This document shows, one piece after another, positions 39,224-49,635 of a stretch of 64,000 nucleotides of DNA. The DNA comes from Candidatus Latescibacterota bacterium (lineage in GTDB: Bacteria > Latescibacterota > UBA2968 > UBA8231). Positions within the stretch are counted from its first letter, which is position 1, and the number at the start of each line of letters is the position of its first letter. The stretch is from the NCBI GenBank assembly GCA_965197905.1, contig CBDAOB010000004.1:2048001-2112000 (forward strand). The letters are read 5' to 3'. The position numbers were made by a program, and so were the translations under genes. The notes below the pieces were generated by a model, which saw only the letters and a program-made list of their open reading frames with translations, was not told where the DNA came from and ran no database searches.

Positions 39224-40322
39224 ATGCCGGCACTTGAAGACGAGCTACTCAGCTGCAGGGAACATTTGGAGCGGTTGGGAGGGTACCTTTGACCTGGAGT
39301 CGAAGAAAAACACGCTCGACGCCCTCGAAAAGGAGATGGCCCATCCGGACTTTTGGAACGATCGACAGAATGCGGAATCCGTAGGTCGCCGGGCCCGGGT
39401 CTTGCGAGATCAAATTGGTTCATGGCAGAAACTGAGTAGTAACCTCGAGGACCTCTTCGAACTACACACGATTGCCGAAGAAGAGAGTGACGTATCGACC
39501 CTCGAGGAGGTCGAAGCCGAGCTCGGCGTGATCGCGGAGAAAATCGGCGACCTCGAATTTAGAAATCTATTGAGCGACGATGATGACCCGAAAAACGCGA
39601 TAATAGACATTAACTCCGGTGCCGGCGGCACTGAAGCTGCGGATTGGGCAGAAATGTTGATGCGCATGTACACGCGCTGGATTGAGCGCAACGACTTCCA
39701 AAGCCAAGTCATGGATATACAAGCTGCGGAAGAAGCCGGCATCAAGAGTGTTACGCTAGAAGTCCGAGGAGACTATGCATACGGATACCTCAAAGCCGAG
39801 GCCGGAGTACATCGTCTGGTTCGGATTTCGCCGTTCGATTCGAACAGCCGGCGTCACACCTCGTTTGCGTCGGTGTTTGTGTACCCCGAAATCGAAGGCG
39901 ACGTGGAAGTCGATCTTCGTGATGAGGACCTCCAGATCGAGGTCTATCGGGCAGGTGGAGCTGGGGGGCAGCACGTAAATAAGACATCATCCGCGGTCCG
40001 CATCAAACACATACCCACCGGCATAACTGTTCAGTGCCAGAATGAGAGATCGCAGTTCAAAAACAAAGGCACGGCGATGAAGGTGCTGTCGGCGCGCCTT
40101 TACAAGCATTTCAAGGAGGAGGAACAGAAAAAACTCGATGCCGTCGAGAGCTCAAAGAAGAGCATCGATTTCGGCAGTCAAATCCGTTCGTACGTGTTCC
40201 AGCCCTACAATTTGGTCAAAGACCATCGGACGGGTCATGAAACGGCTAGTATTCAGGCCGTGATGGACGGAGACATCGACGATTTCATAAAAGCGTTTCT
40301 TACCCAAGCGAAGACGAGTTGA
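39224..40322 (+). CDS. prfB: Peptide chain release factor 2 with programmed +1 frameshift
   Basis: SD AAGGAGG then ATG 39224; frame 0 ends at CTT-TGA-C (39287-39293) preceded by an internal SD-like GGGAGGG; +1 frame carries SPF and GGQ motifs. Confidence 0.96.
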
Positions 40323-40326
40323 GGCG

Positions 40327-41586
40327 TTGCGCTACGAACTTTTCATCGCCAGGCGCTATCTACGCTCCAAACAAAAAACCGGAATTATCTCGACCATCAC
40401 CTACATCGCTGTGGGTGGGGTAGTGCTGGGTGTGGCGGCCCTGGTCATCATCTTATCCGTAGCTAACGGGTTTTCGGGGGAGGTAAAAAACCGCCTGCTG
40501 GGGATGAACGCTCACGTCAGTGTGCAAAAGTACTACGGCGACACCATTGAGGAATACGAAGCGACAGGGAATCTACTTGAATCGCTGCCGGGAATCGTGG
40601 CCGCAGCTCCCATCATAGACGCCAAGGTTGGCATCGCGGCAAAAGGCAATCTTGAAAAATTTGATGGCGTAGTACTCTGGGGCATCGAACCTGACAGCTT
40701 TTCCGCAGTCTCCGACCTGCCGGCACACCTCACATATGAGCAGAGTGATGCTCTCTTGCTGGACCCCCCGAAAGGCTCGAAGTATCCTGGCATAATCCTC
40801 GGAGAGCACCTGAGTCGCCGACTGCGGGTCGGTCCCGGAGATGAGGTTCTGCTCATCACCTTCAACAAAGGACTTGAAGAGGCGATCGTGGGTGGAATCG
40901 CACCGCGCCTGTGGCCATTTGTTGTGACGGATACCTTCGAAAGCGGCATGTATCAATATGATGACAGCTACGCATTCATATCTCTTGCAGATGCGCAGAA
41001 GATTCTCGGACTTGGCGTCGGCGTCAACAAACTCCATCTGCGCGTCGAGGACATAGATCAGGTCGCCTCGATTCGGTCGACGATCGAGGAGTCGCTGGGT
41101 TATCCGTACAATGTCAGAGATTGGACGCAGCTATTCCCCGAGTTTTTTCGATGGATGGAGCTGGAGAAGTGGGCGATATTTATTGCGTTGAGCCTCATAA
41201 TACTCGTGGCCGCCTTCAATATCATGTCGATACTCGCCATGTCGATTCTGGCGAAAACGCCAGAGATCGGCATACTCAGGACCATGGGTTCGACCGCGTC
41301 CGGAATTCGCCGGATATTCGTATATCAGGGCATGGTGATCGGCTCCGCTGGGACAATCCTCGGGTGTCTGATCGGGTTCGTTTTGTGCGTGTTGCAGCAG
41401 CGATTCAAGCTGATTTCCATTCCAGGGGACGTCTACATCATAAATTCGCTTCCGATTGATATGGAATCGTTGGATTTCGCCTTGGTATCCGCCGTGAGCC
41501 TCGGCATCTGTTGGTTGGTGTCCTCCTATTCAGCTCGAAAGGCTGCCGCGCTGATGCCCGTCGAGGCGATTCGCTACATATTGTAG
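40327..41586 (+). CDS. LolC/E-family lipoprotein-releasing ABC permease
   Basis: YELFIARRYLR, GVAALVIILSVANGF, IILVAAFNIMS, EIGILRTMG, PVEAIRY; TTG start. Confidence 0.9.
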   Translation: MRYELFIARRYLRSKQKTGIISTITYIAVGGVVLGVAALVIILSVANGFSGEVKNRLLGMNAHVSVQKYYGDTIEEYEATGNLLESLPGIVAAAPIIDAKVGIAAKGNLEKFDGVVLWGIEPDSFSAVSDLPAHLTYEQSDALLLDPPKGSKYPGIILGEHLSRRLRVGPGDEVLLITFNKGLEEAIVGGIAPRLWPFVVTDTFESGMYQYDDSYAFISLADAQKILGLGVGVNKLHLRVEDIDQVASIRSTIEESLGYPYNVRDWTQLFPEFFRWMELEKWAIFIALSLIILVAAFNIMSILAMSILAKTPEIGILRTMGSTASGIRRIFVYQGMVIGSAGTILGCLIGFVLCVLQQRFKLISIPGDVYIINSLPIDMESLDFALVSAVSLGICWLVSSYSARKAAALMPVEAIRYIL

Positions 41587-42279
41587 ATGTGTTCGGGAAT
41601 GACTGCTTCACCTGCATTGCAGGCGAGAGGAATTCAGAAGGTGTTTCGGTCGGGAGACGAGGAGCTCGTCGTTCTCGAAGATGTGAATCTGGAGGTTTGT
41701 CGGGGAGAAGTATTGGCCATAACCGGGGCTTCGGGTGTGGGCAAGAGCACTTTGTTACATATCATGGGGACGCTGGAGCGTCCGTCAGGTGGTGAGCTGG
41801 AGATCGATGGTCAACGAGTCTTTGAGCTTACCGAAACGGAAACGGCCCAATTTCGCAACCGCCACATCGGCTTCGTATTTCAGTTTCACCACCTTTTGCC
41901 GGAATTCACGGCCCTTGAAAACGTTCTTCTTCCCGGAATGATTGCTGGAATCGATGTAGCCGAGCTGAGAAAGTACGCCACCGAACTGCTCGGTACCGTG
42001 GGGCTGCAGGATCGCATGGAGCATCGTCCGGGCGAGCTTTCGGGGGGCGAGTGTCAGCGAGTTGCCGTTGCCAGGGCACTGGCCATGAAACCAAAGATCG
42101 TACTGGCCGATGAACCATCGGGCAACCTGGATACTGCCACTAGCGCGACGCTGCACGGAATGATTAAAGATCTCGCGAAAGCAGAAAATCAGACGTTTGT
42201 GATAATGACCCACGACCAGTCGCTTGCTTGCAGCGCAGATCGCGTCGGAAAACTCGAATATCGTTCGCTGCTTCTGTGA
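41587..42279 (+). CDS. lolD: Lipoprotein-releasing ABC ATPase
   Basis: GASGVGKST, LolD motif GFVFQFHHLLPEFTALENV, LSGGECQR, LADEPSGNLD. Confidence 0.9.
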   Translation: MCSGMTASPALQARGIQKVFRSGDEELVVLEDVNLEVCRGEVLAITGASGVGKSTLLHIMGTLERPSGGELEIDGQRVFELTETETAQFRNRHIGFVFQFHHLLPEFTALENVLLPGMIAGIDVAELRKYATELLGTVGLQDRMEHRPGELSGGECQRVAVARALAMKPKIVLADEPSGNLDTATSATLHGMIKDLAKAENQTFVIMTHDQSLACSADRVGKLEYRSLLL

Positions 42280-42282
42280 GGA

Positions 42283-42822
42283 ATGTTGATCATGAAATGC
42301 GAACAATGTAACCAACACGAGGCAACTGTCGAGTTTACGCACATCGTCGAAAGCGAGAAGAGAACCAGCCGCCTGTGCAGTGCTTGTGCATCGCAGATCA
42401 AGGGTGCTGAGAGTGAAAGCCCCGCCGTCGAAACAAAGGTGAAAAAGGCAACCGCCAAAGCCTTGAAGGAAGAAGACTCATCTACAGCGGCGCGCTGTGG
42501 TGGTTGTGGAGCAACCTACGAGGACTTCAAGAAGTCGGGCAGATTGAGTTGCCCCGAGTGTTATATTGCTTTCCAACCACAGGTTGACCGACTCTTAAAC
42601 CGTTTGCACGGCGCTGTGCAACATCGAGGCAAGAACAAAGCCTCGCCGCAAGATCTACCGGATCCGGGTGACGAACTCGAAACGTTGCAGGCAGAGCTGG
42701 AAGCGGCCGTCGCGGAGGAGGCCTTCGAGCGAGCGGCAGAGCTTCGCGACCGGATCAAACAGGTCGAAACCGAGTTGGACGACGGCGGCCCAGATCAGGA
42801 AACCACAGAGCAACCAGTTTGA
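42283..42822 (+). CDS. mcsA: McsA (CxxC zinc motifs plus UVR domain)
   Basis: CEQC, CSAC, CGGC, CPECY, LHGAVQHRGK, EEAFERAAELRDRI. Confidence 0.9.
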   Translation: MLIMKCEQCNQHEATVEFTHIVESEKRTSRLCSACASQIKGAESESPAVETKVKKATAKALKEEDSSTAARCGGCGATYEDFKKSGRLSCPECYIAFQPQVDRLLNRLHGAVQHRGKNKASPQDLPDPGDELETLQAELEAAVAEEAFERAAELRDRIKQVETELDDGGPDQETTEQPV

Positions 42823-42868
42823 GCGGTAGCACAGATTGTCCTAGCGTCATCGGATAGAGGTTTGCTCA

Positions 42869-43930
42869 ATGGATCTCATCGAACTCTCACAGAATCTCGC
42901 AAGCTGGCTGCGTGGCACCGACGATGCCGACGGCATTGTCGTGAGTTGCCGCACGCGCCTGGCTCGGAACCTAACGGCACAACCATTCGCCCAGCAAGCT
43001 AATGAGGAGAATGAGAGGGAGGTTATCGAACGGGTTTTGTCGGCTGCCCGGCGCATCGGAGCGATGCGAGACGCGGCATTCTTCAAAATGGACGCGCTCG
43101 ATGCCAGCGATCGCCGCCTGTTGATGGAACGCCATTTGGTGAGTCCGGCGCTGGCCCAGAGCAAGGGTCAGCGCGGAGTGCTGTTTAATGCTGATGAGTC
43201 GCTGAGCGTTATGATCAATGAGGAAGATCACCTGAGACTGCAGGCGATTCTTCCGGGTCTGAGCTCGGAGAAGGCGTGGGGACTGATCAATTCTCTGGAC
43301 GACCAATTGGGCGCCGGCCTCGATTTCGCATATTCGGAGAAATACGGGTATCTCACGGCCTGTCCCACGAATACCGGCACCGGACTACGGGTATCGGCTC
43401 TCATGCATCTGCCTGCGCTGGTGTTGACGGAGGACATCGAGCGAGTTCTGCGCGGGTTGACGCAAATGTCGTTCACTGCCCGCGGTGTTTACGGTGAAGG
43501 CACGAACGCTGTCGGCAACCTGTTTCAGATCTCGAATCAGGGTACGTTGGGACACAAAGAGGAAGAATTAGTCGAAAATTTATCGACATTGGCAGAGAGA
43601 TTGGTCGAGTACGAGCGCGACGCTCAAGAGACCCTCCGCAAAGAAGCAAGCGACCAGGTCGAAGACAAAATCTGGCGGGCCTATGGCATTCTCAGCAACT
43701 CCCGTGTATTGAGCAGCCAGGAATTCATGAACTTGCTTTCGGCGGTGCGGCTTGGCTACAGTCTTTCAATGATGCCGCGCGTTACCTCAGCCTTTTTGAA
43801 TCAGTTGATGATCATCACCCAACCTTCACATTTGCAGGCAGAGGCAGGGCGAAAATTGAAACCGGATGAACGCGATGTAATCAGGGCCTCTCTCGTGCGT
43901 CGGCGCCTCCGTGATCATCTGGCAACGTGA
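42869..43930 (+). CDS. mcsB: Protein arginine kinase McsB
   Basis: RTRLARN, ERHLVS, MINEEDHLRLQ, GYLTACPTNTGTGLR, RGVYGEG, FQISNQ. Confidence 0.95.
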   Translation: MDLIELSQNLASWLRGTDDADGIVVSCRTRLARNLTAQPFAQQANEENEREVIERVLSAARRIGAMRDAAFFKMDALDASDRRLLMERHLVSPALAQSKGQRGVLFNADESLSVMINEEDHLRLQAILPGLSSEKAWGLINSLDDQLGAGLDFAYSEKYGYLTACPTNTGTGLRVSALMHLPALVLTEDIERVLRGLTQMSFTARGVYGEGTNAVGNLFQISNQGTLGHKEEELVENLSTLAERLVEYERDAQETLRKEASDQVEDKIWRAYGILSNSRVLSSQEFMNLLSAVRLGYSLSMMPRVTSAFLNQLMIITQPSHLQAEAGRKLKPDERDVIRASLVRRRLRDHLAT

Positions 43931-43941
43931 CGCAGACGTTC

Positions 43942-43970
43942 TTGACAAGAGTACCCGTTTTTGGTAGTTT
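43942..43970 (+). promoter_or_regulatory. Putative internal sigma70 promoter for clpC
   Basis: TTGACA-17 nt-TAGTTT. Confidence 0.6.
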
Positions 43971-44098
43971 CAAAACCGAGCTAAAAGTGCCGTTTGGTGT
44001 TATTTTTGTTGAGTTTAGTATCAATAGGAAACTGGCGCTATCTCGGTGATTTAGCCGGTTAGATAGTGATGAACGGACCGCCCAGGAGGGCATCTAGA

Positions 44099-46564
44099 AT
44101 GAACAACATGTTTACCGATGGCGTGAAGCGTGTCATGCAGTTGGCGCGCGAGGAATCGGCGCGTCTTGGCCATAACTACATCGGGACGGAACACCTGCTC
44201 CTGGGGATCATCAAGGACGGCAAGGGGAAAGCCGTCACGATTTTGACCAATCTGGGATTGAACCTGGAAACCGTCAAAAGCAGCGTCGAAGATTACGTGG
44301 CCACTTCTGGTGGCACTATGACGATCGGGGAAGTGCCATTCACTCCACGCGCAAAACAGATCCTCGAAGTGGCGGCTAACGAGGCCAAAGAGATGAAAAC
44401 CCAGTTCGTGGACGTCGAGCACCTGCTGCTGGCGTTGCTCAAGGACAAGGAAGGGGTCGCAGCTCAAATCCTTGCTGCTTTTGGCGTTGACTATAAAACC
44501 GCCAGCGAAGAAACACTGGCTGTCTTGGAAGGAAAAACTACCGGGCGGAAGGAGAAGGGAAAGAAAAGCAAAACACCTTTTCTCGATCACTTTGGGCGCG
44601 ATCTAACGCAGCTTGCGAGGGAAGGAAAATTAGATCCAGTAATTGGTCGTCTCAAGGAGATCGAACGCGTAACTCAGATCCTGAGTCGCCGGAAGAAAAA
44701 TAATCCGATCCTGATTGGTGATCCGGGGGTTGGGAAGACAGCGATCGTAGAAGGCCTCGCCCAGCGGATCATCGAAAAACGCGTGCCGCAAATTTTGCTC
44801 GATCGCCGATTGGTAACGCTCGATATGGGTGGTGTAGTGGCCGGTACGAAATATCGCGGTCAGTTCGAAGAACGTATCAAGGCGGTGATGAACGAGCTGC
44901 AGCAGAACGCCGACGTAATCATTTTCATCGATGAGTTGCACACCATCGTTGGCGCCGGGAGCGCTGAGGGCACGCTGGACGCCTCAAATATGTTCAAGCC
45001 GGCGTTGGCGCGGGGCGAACTGCAGTGCATCGGCGCAACGACTCTCGATGAGTACCGCAAGTACATTGAAAAGGATGGCGCCTTGGAACGTCGGTTCCAG
45101 ACCATCATGGTGGATCCGCCTTCGGCCGAGGACACGGTAAAGATCGTCCAGGGTTTGCGCAGCAGTTACGAAAGTCACCACCACGTCGAGTTCAGTGACG
45201 AGGTGGTCGAATACGCGGTGCGCCAGGCAGACCGTTACATCAGCGACCGGTATCTGCCGGATAAGGCGATCGACGTAATCGATGAAACCGGCTCGCGAGT
45301 GCATCTTGCACGCCTCAGTCCACCGGAAGAGATCGGCAAACTAGAAGGCCAGATTCAGGAGATCAACGGCCGCAAGAACGAGTCGGTGGAAAAGCAAGAT
45401 TTCGAGGAAGCCGCCCGCCTCCGCGACGAGGCGTTCGGTCTTGGAGAAAAACTGCAACAGAAGCGTCGGGCATGGGAGGAGCAGGTTCGCGACGAAGTGG
45501 TTCAGGTGAGCGAGGACGACATAGCCGAAGTTATATCCAGTATGACTGGCATTCCCATCGTGCGTCTCGCCAAGAGCGAGAGCGAGCGATTGTTGAACAT
45601 GGAAGATGAGCTCAAGAAGGTCGTGATGAGTCAGAACGAGGCTATCGCGTCGATCTCCAGAGCCATTCGCCGCAGCCGAGCCGGGCTACAAGACCCGAAA
45701 CGCCCCATTGGGTCATTCATTTTCCTGGGGCCCACCGGAGTGGGAAAGACCTATTTGGCGCATAAGTTGGCCGAATTCCTGTTCGACGACGAGGAGGCAC
45801 TCGTCACCGTGGATATGTCCGAATACATGGAAAAGTTCTCCGTATCCAGGCTCATAGGAGCACCTCCTGGTTATGTAGGGTTTGACGAGGGTGGTCAGCT
45901 TACCGAAAAGGTGAGGCGTCGGCCTTACTCAGTCGTCTTGCTAGACGAAATCGAAAAAGCCCATCCCGACGTGTTCAATATCTTGCTGCAGATTCTCGAC
46001 GAGGGACGCTTGACGGACAGCACCGGACGCAAGGTAGATTTCCGTAATACAGTGATGATCATGACTTCCAACATAGGTACCCGGGAAGTCGGAACGGGTG
46101 GAGTTCTCGGTTTCCAAAAAGCCGACGGCGAGGCGATGCAGGAACTGATGCAGTCGAAGATCAACGACGAAATGAAAAAGGCATTCAATCCAGAGTTCCT
46201 GAATCGAGTCGACGATTCCATCATTTTCAGAGCTCTCACCAGAGAAGATATTGCGAAAATCATCGACGTTGAGTTGATCAAATTCAAAGAACGCCTTTCC
46301 TTCCGCGACATTAAGGTTCGCATCACCCCCTCAGCAAAGAGTCTGTTGGCCGAGAAGGGGTTCGATCAAACCTTTGGTGCCAGATACCTGAAGCGGACCC
46401 TCCAGAAACTCTTGGAAGACACGCTGGCTGAAGAGATTCTCCAAGGAACCTTCGGAGAGGGTAGTTACATTCGGGTCACTAAGAAGGGGGAAGACCTGGT
46501 GTTCTCCGACGAAGGTGAGGGGAGCGACCAGACGGAAAGCAAAAAAAAGGAAACCGCCGGCTGA
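44099..46564 (+). CDS. clpC: ATP-dependent Clp protease ATPase subunit ClpC
   Basis: Clp N-domain, [11 protein letters not shown] middle domain, [33 protein letters not shown] before ATG 44099. Confidence 0.96.
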   Translation: MNNMFTDGVKRVMQLAREESARLGHNYIGTEHLLLGIIKDGKGKAVTILTNLGLNLETVKSSVEDYVATSGGTMTIGEVPFTPRAKQILEVAANEAKEMKTQFVDVEHLLLALLKDKEGVAAQILAAFGVDYKTASEETLAVLEGKTTGRKEKGKKSKTPFLDHFGRDLTQLAREGKLDPVIGRLKEIERVTQILSRRKKNNPILIGDPGVGKTAIVEGLAQRIIEKRVPQILLDRRLVTLDMGGVVAGTKYRGQFEERIKAVMNELQQNADVIIFIDELHTIVGAGSAEGTLDASNMFKPALARGELQCIGATTLDEYRKYIEKDGALERRFQTIMVDPPSAEDTVKIVQGLRSSYESHHHVEFSDEVVEYAVRQADRYISDRYLPDKAIDVIDETGSRVHLARLSPPEEIGKLEGQIQEINGRKNESVEKQDFEEAARLRDEAFGLGEKLQQKRRAWEEQVRDEVVQVSEDDIAEVISSMTGIPIVRLAKSESERLLNMEDELKKVVMSQNEAIASISRAIRRSRAGLQDPKRPIGSFIFLGPTGVGKTYLAHKLAEFLFDDEEALVTVDMSEYMEKFSVSRLIGAPPGYVGFDEGGQLTEKVRRRPYSVVLLDEIEKAHPDVFNILLQILDEGRLTDSTGRKVDFRNTVMIMTSNIGTREVGTGGVLGFQKADGEAMQELMQSKINDEMKKAFNPEFLNRVDDSIIFRALTREDIAKIIDVELIKFKERLSFRDIKVRITPSAKSLLAEKGFDQTFGARYLKRTLQKLLEDTLAEEILQGTFGEGSYIRVTKKGEDLVFSDEGEGSDQTESKKKETAG

Positions 46565-46608
46565 CTTCGAAGGTCTAATTGGTCACGCCTTGATCAGGCA
46601 ACGTAGGA

Positions 46609-46643
46609 AAACAGCCGCTTTGCATTAGGTAAAGCGGCTGTTT
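46609..46643 (+). terminator. Hairpin/terminator between clpC and bamA
   Basis: AAACAGCCGCTTT...AAAGCGGCTGTTT inverted repeat. Confidence 0.65.
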
Positions 46644-46672
46644 GAGTGGGAGTCCTTTCCTAGAATTCCAAC

Positions 46673-48958
46673 ATGAATACAACCCAAAAACTGACAGGTA
46701 CCGTTGTCCTGGCGGTACTTATCGCGGTCCCGTGCCATGCTCAGAAGGTGGTTGAGGTCGAGATCGAGGGGGAACTCAACAAGGTCGCCAAGTCGCTCAT
46801 TTTGTCGACGATCGGGCTCGCGCCCGGAGTTGAACTCTCTCAAGAGAACGTTCAAGCAGCCGTACGCGACCTCCAGGGATTGGGCGTCTTCGAAGATATA
46901 CAGATATGGGGCGAACGCGTGGCGGGTGGCATCAAGGTTATCGTGGTTGTCGAAGAATATCCCACCTTGGAAGACGTTCGATTCAAAGGCAACAAGCACG
47001 TCAAGGAAAAGGATATGGAAGAGAGCCTGGCATTTGTGACGGGTCAGGTGATCGCCCCGAAGGACATTGCGCGGGGCAAACAAAAGATAATCGATCTGTA
47101 CCAGGACAAGGGTTATCTCCGGGCTGAGGTGGACGGCAAGTTGTTTGATTCCGAAACCGAAGGCAAAGTGTACCTGCAGTACAACGTCGTCGAAGGCGAA
47201 AAGGTTAAAATCCGGCGCATTCGAATCCTCAACGCCGAGGCTGTTTCCGAGGGAAAAGTCAAGAAGCAGATGGAAACAAAGGAGAAGAAGTGGTGGAGAA
47301 AGGGCGAGTACAAGGCGGACACCTATCGCGAGGACAAGGACAAAATCCTCGCCTTCTACAAAAGCAAAGGGTATTACCAGGCCGACATCCTCAGAGACAG
47401 CATTTATTACGACGAAACGCGACAGAACCTGTTTATTGATATCCAGGTGGAAGAAGGTCAGAAGTACCGCATGGGTGCCATCTCCTGGGATGGCAACGCC
47501 CTGTTTGAGAGCGATTTCCTGGCCGAAAGGCTGCCCATTGATGAAGGCGACGTCTACAAATTCAGCGGTCTGGAACTGACGCATCTGGTTCGCACGGCCT
47601 ATCTCGACAAAGGTTATCTGGACACCGAGGTCATTCCCCAGGAAACGTTGCGTAGCGACTCGGTTGACGTCGCGTTCAAGATTTTCGAAGGCGAGCCCTG
47701 GAAAATTCGACGGATCAACATCAAAGGAAATACCAAAACTAGAGAGAAGGTCATCCGCAGGGAGCTGGAATTGAGGCCGGGTGATATCTATCAGCAGGAG
47801 TTGGTGCAGGAGAGCCAACGTCGCGTTTACATGCTGAACTTCTTCAAGAACGTGGAGATCGAACCGGAATTCGGGTCCACCGACTCCGACAGGCTAGTCG
47901 ACCTGAATTTTCAGGTCGAGGAGCAACCGACCGGTCAAGCTTCGATGGGCGCTGGTTATAGCCAACGCGACAAGCTGGTCGGGCAAATAGGTCTGCGGAT
48001 TCCCAACTTCCGCGGCATGGGTCAAAATCTCGACTTCAGCTGGGAATTCGGCACCAGGCGCAAGCAGTTTTTGGTTGGTTTTACCGAGCCCTGGTTGTTC
48101 GATACTCCCACAAGCCTTTCGGTCCGGGCTTTTCTGCTGAATCAACAGTATTTCAATCTGTATGACCGCCAGTCAAAGTCAGTGAACGTGCGGATAGGCC
48201 GGCGCCTGCAACGGCTTTCGTATTCAAGCCTATCCCTGGGATATCGGCTGCAGACCGACAGTTACAACGATTTCAGCAACAGCATCAACGAGAGCTTGCT
48301 TTCCAGCGGGCGCTATGAAACCCGCAGAACCAGTAGCTTCGAATTGACATATCAAAGGGATACCCGCGACCTTGCACAGTTCCCGACCAAGGGAACCCTT
48401 TTCAGCTTTCGACCCGAGATCGCGACCTCGTTTACCGGAGGCGAGGTCGATTTTCATAGCCACGAGGTGCGGTTCAACTACTATCGCCCCAGCTGGTGGA
48501 AGTTTATTCTGAGCGTCGAGACCAAGATGTCAGTCATCGACGGATTTTCCAAGTGGGACGACGAACATTTATCCTTCTTCGACCTCTTTACGCCGGGAGG
48601 CATCGACTGGTGGGACGGCGTCGTCCGCGGCTACCCAGATCGATCGCTGGGCCCCCGCTCCAGCGGAATTCCACTCGGTGGCCGCTCCATGATCGTCTTG
48701 AATCTTGAATATCGCTTCCCGGTAGCGGAGAATCAGGTATTCGGCCTACTTTTCGCGGATGGAGGCAACGCGTGGAAAGATTTGGCAAGCATGAGTCCGC
48801 TGGACTTGCGACGATCGGTAGGATTCGGATTTCGTATCATGACACCGATGCTGGGCATGATCGGGTTCGACTTCGGATATGGATTTGACCGCCGGAAGGT
48901 CGACACCAATCCGGCTGGATGGAACACCCACTTTCAGTTCGGACCGCAGTTCTTCTAA
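46673..48958 (+). CDS. bamA: Outer-membrane protein assembly factor BamA
   Basis: Signal peptide, five POTRA-like units (GNTKTREKVIRREL), barrel with VRGY motif, C-terminal Phe. Confidence 0.95.
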   Translation: MNTTQKLTGTVVLAVLIAVPCHAQKVVEVEIEGELNKVAKSLILSTIGLAPGVELSQENVQAAVRDLQGLGVFEDIQIWGERVAGGIKVIVVVEEYPTLEDVRFKGNKHVKEKDMEESLAFVTGQVIAPKDIARGKQKIIDLYQDKGYLRAEVDGKLFDSETEGKVYLQYNVVEGEKVKIRRIRILNAEAVSEGKVKKQMETKEKKWWRKGEYKADTYREDKDKILAFYKSKGYYQADILRDSIYYDETRQNLFIDIQVEEGQKYRMGAISWDGNALFESDFLAERLPIDEGDVYKFSGLELTHLVRTAYLDKGYLDTEVIPQETLRSDSVDVAFKIFEGEPWKIRRINIKGNTKTREKVIRRELELRPGDIYQQELVQESQRRVYMLNFFKNVEIEPEFGSTDSDRLVDLNFQVEEQPTGQASMGAGYSQRDKLVGQIGLRIPNFRGMGQNLDFSWEFGTRRKQFLVGFTEPWLFDTPTSLSVRAFLLNQQYFNLYDRQSKSVNVRIGRRLQRLSYSSLSLGYRLQTDSYNDFSNSINESLLSSGRYETRRTSSFELTYQRDTRDLAQFPTKGTLFSFRPEIATSFTGGEVDFHSHEVRFNYYRPSWWKFILSVETKMSVIDGFSKWDDEHLSFFDLFTPGGIDWWDGVVRGYPDRSLGPRSSGIPLGGRSMIVLNLEYRFPVAENQVFGLLFADGGNAWKDLASMSPLDLRRSVGFGFRIMTPMLGMIGFDFGYGFDRRKVDTNPAGWNTHFQFGPQFF

Positions 48959-49058
48959 GCGCTTCCTCTCTCTTTTCTCGCCCGCCGAAGCCATCGACCC
49001 GCACGTTCAACCTCTTCTCAAATCGCTAGCGTAGTACCATCATCCAAGAGGGAATCTC

Positions 49059-49604
49059 ATGAAACCGTTTCGCGTTGTTGCGTTCGTGTTGGCCAGTCTG
49101 GGGTCAGCGGTATCTTATGCCGATGTTAAGCTGGGATATATAGATTCAGATATCGTGAAGGATCGTTTGCCCGAGTTTCGAGAAGCTCAACGCAAGCTGG
49201 ACCAGCTGCGTCAGGACTACGAAAGGGAAGCTGGTGATCGGCAGGGAAAACTGCTAAAGCTGCAAGAGGACTTTCGGAAACAGGAGCTGCTGATGAGCGA
49301 AGCTCGACGGCAGGAGCTGCAGGATGAATTTGACGCCAAGGTGCAGCAGCTGCAGGGCTTCAACGTGCAAAAGTTTGGCCCGGAGGGCGAGTTGGTCCGC
49401 AAGAACGTGGAACTCTCAGGTCCTATTTTTAAACAAATCAACGATGCGCTTCAGGCGATCGGCCGAGAAGACAGTTACGACTTCATTTTCGACGTCGCCG
49501 GCAATAGTTCCATCATCTTCGTGGCGGAAGACAAATACAACCTGACCGAAGATGTGCTTAAACGGCTGGATGAGGAGCGGGAGGAACGCGAAAAGGGCAG
49601 ATAG
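49059..49604 (+). CDS. skp: OmpH/Skp periplasmic chaperone
   Basis: Signal peptide, KLGYIDS, coiled coil, YDFIFD, NLTEDVLKRL; follows bamA. Confidence 0.9.
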   Translation: MKPFRVVAFVLASLGSAVSYADVKLGYIDSDIVKDRLPEFREAQRKLDQLRQDYEREAGDRQGKLLKLQEDFRKQELLMSEARRQELQDEFDAKVQQLQGFNVQKFGPEGELVRKNVELSGPIFKQINDALQAIGREDSYDFIFDVAGNSSIIFVAEDKYNLTEDVLKRLDEEREEREKGR

Positions 49605-49635
49605 CGAACCCCTCGCAGCGACACTACTCCAGCCG

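Noticed and set aside
39234..40322. ORF-track start for RF2 (MKTSYSAAG...)
   Set aside because: Artefact of the programmed frameshift; the real start is ATG 39224 with SD.
46625..47818. 397-aa minus-strand ORF
   Set aside because: Antisense shadow of bamA.
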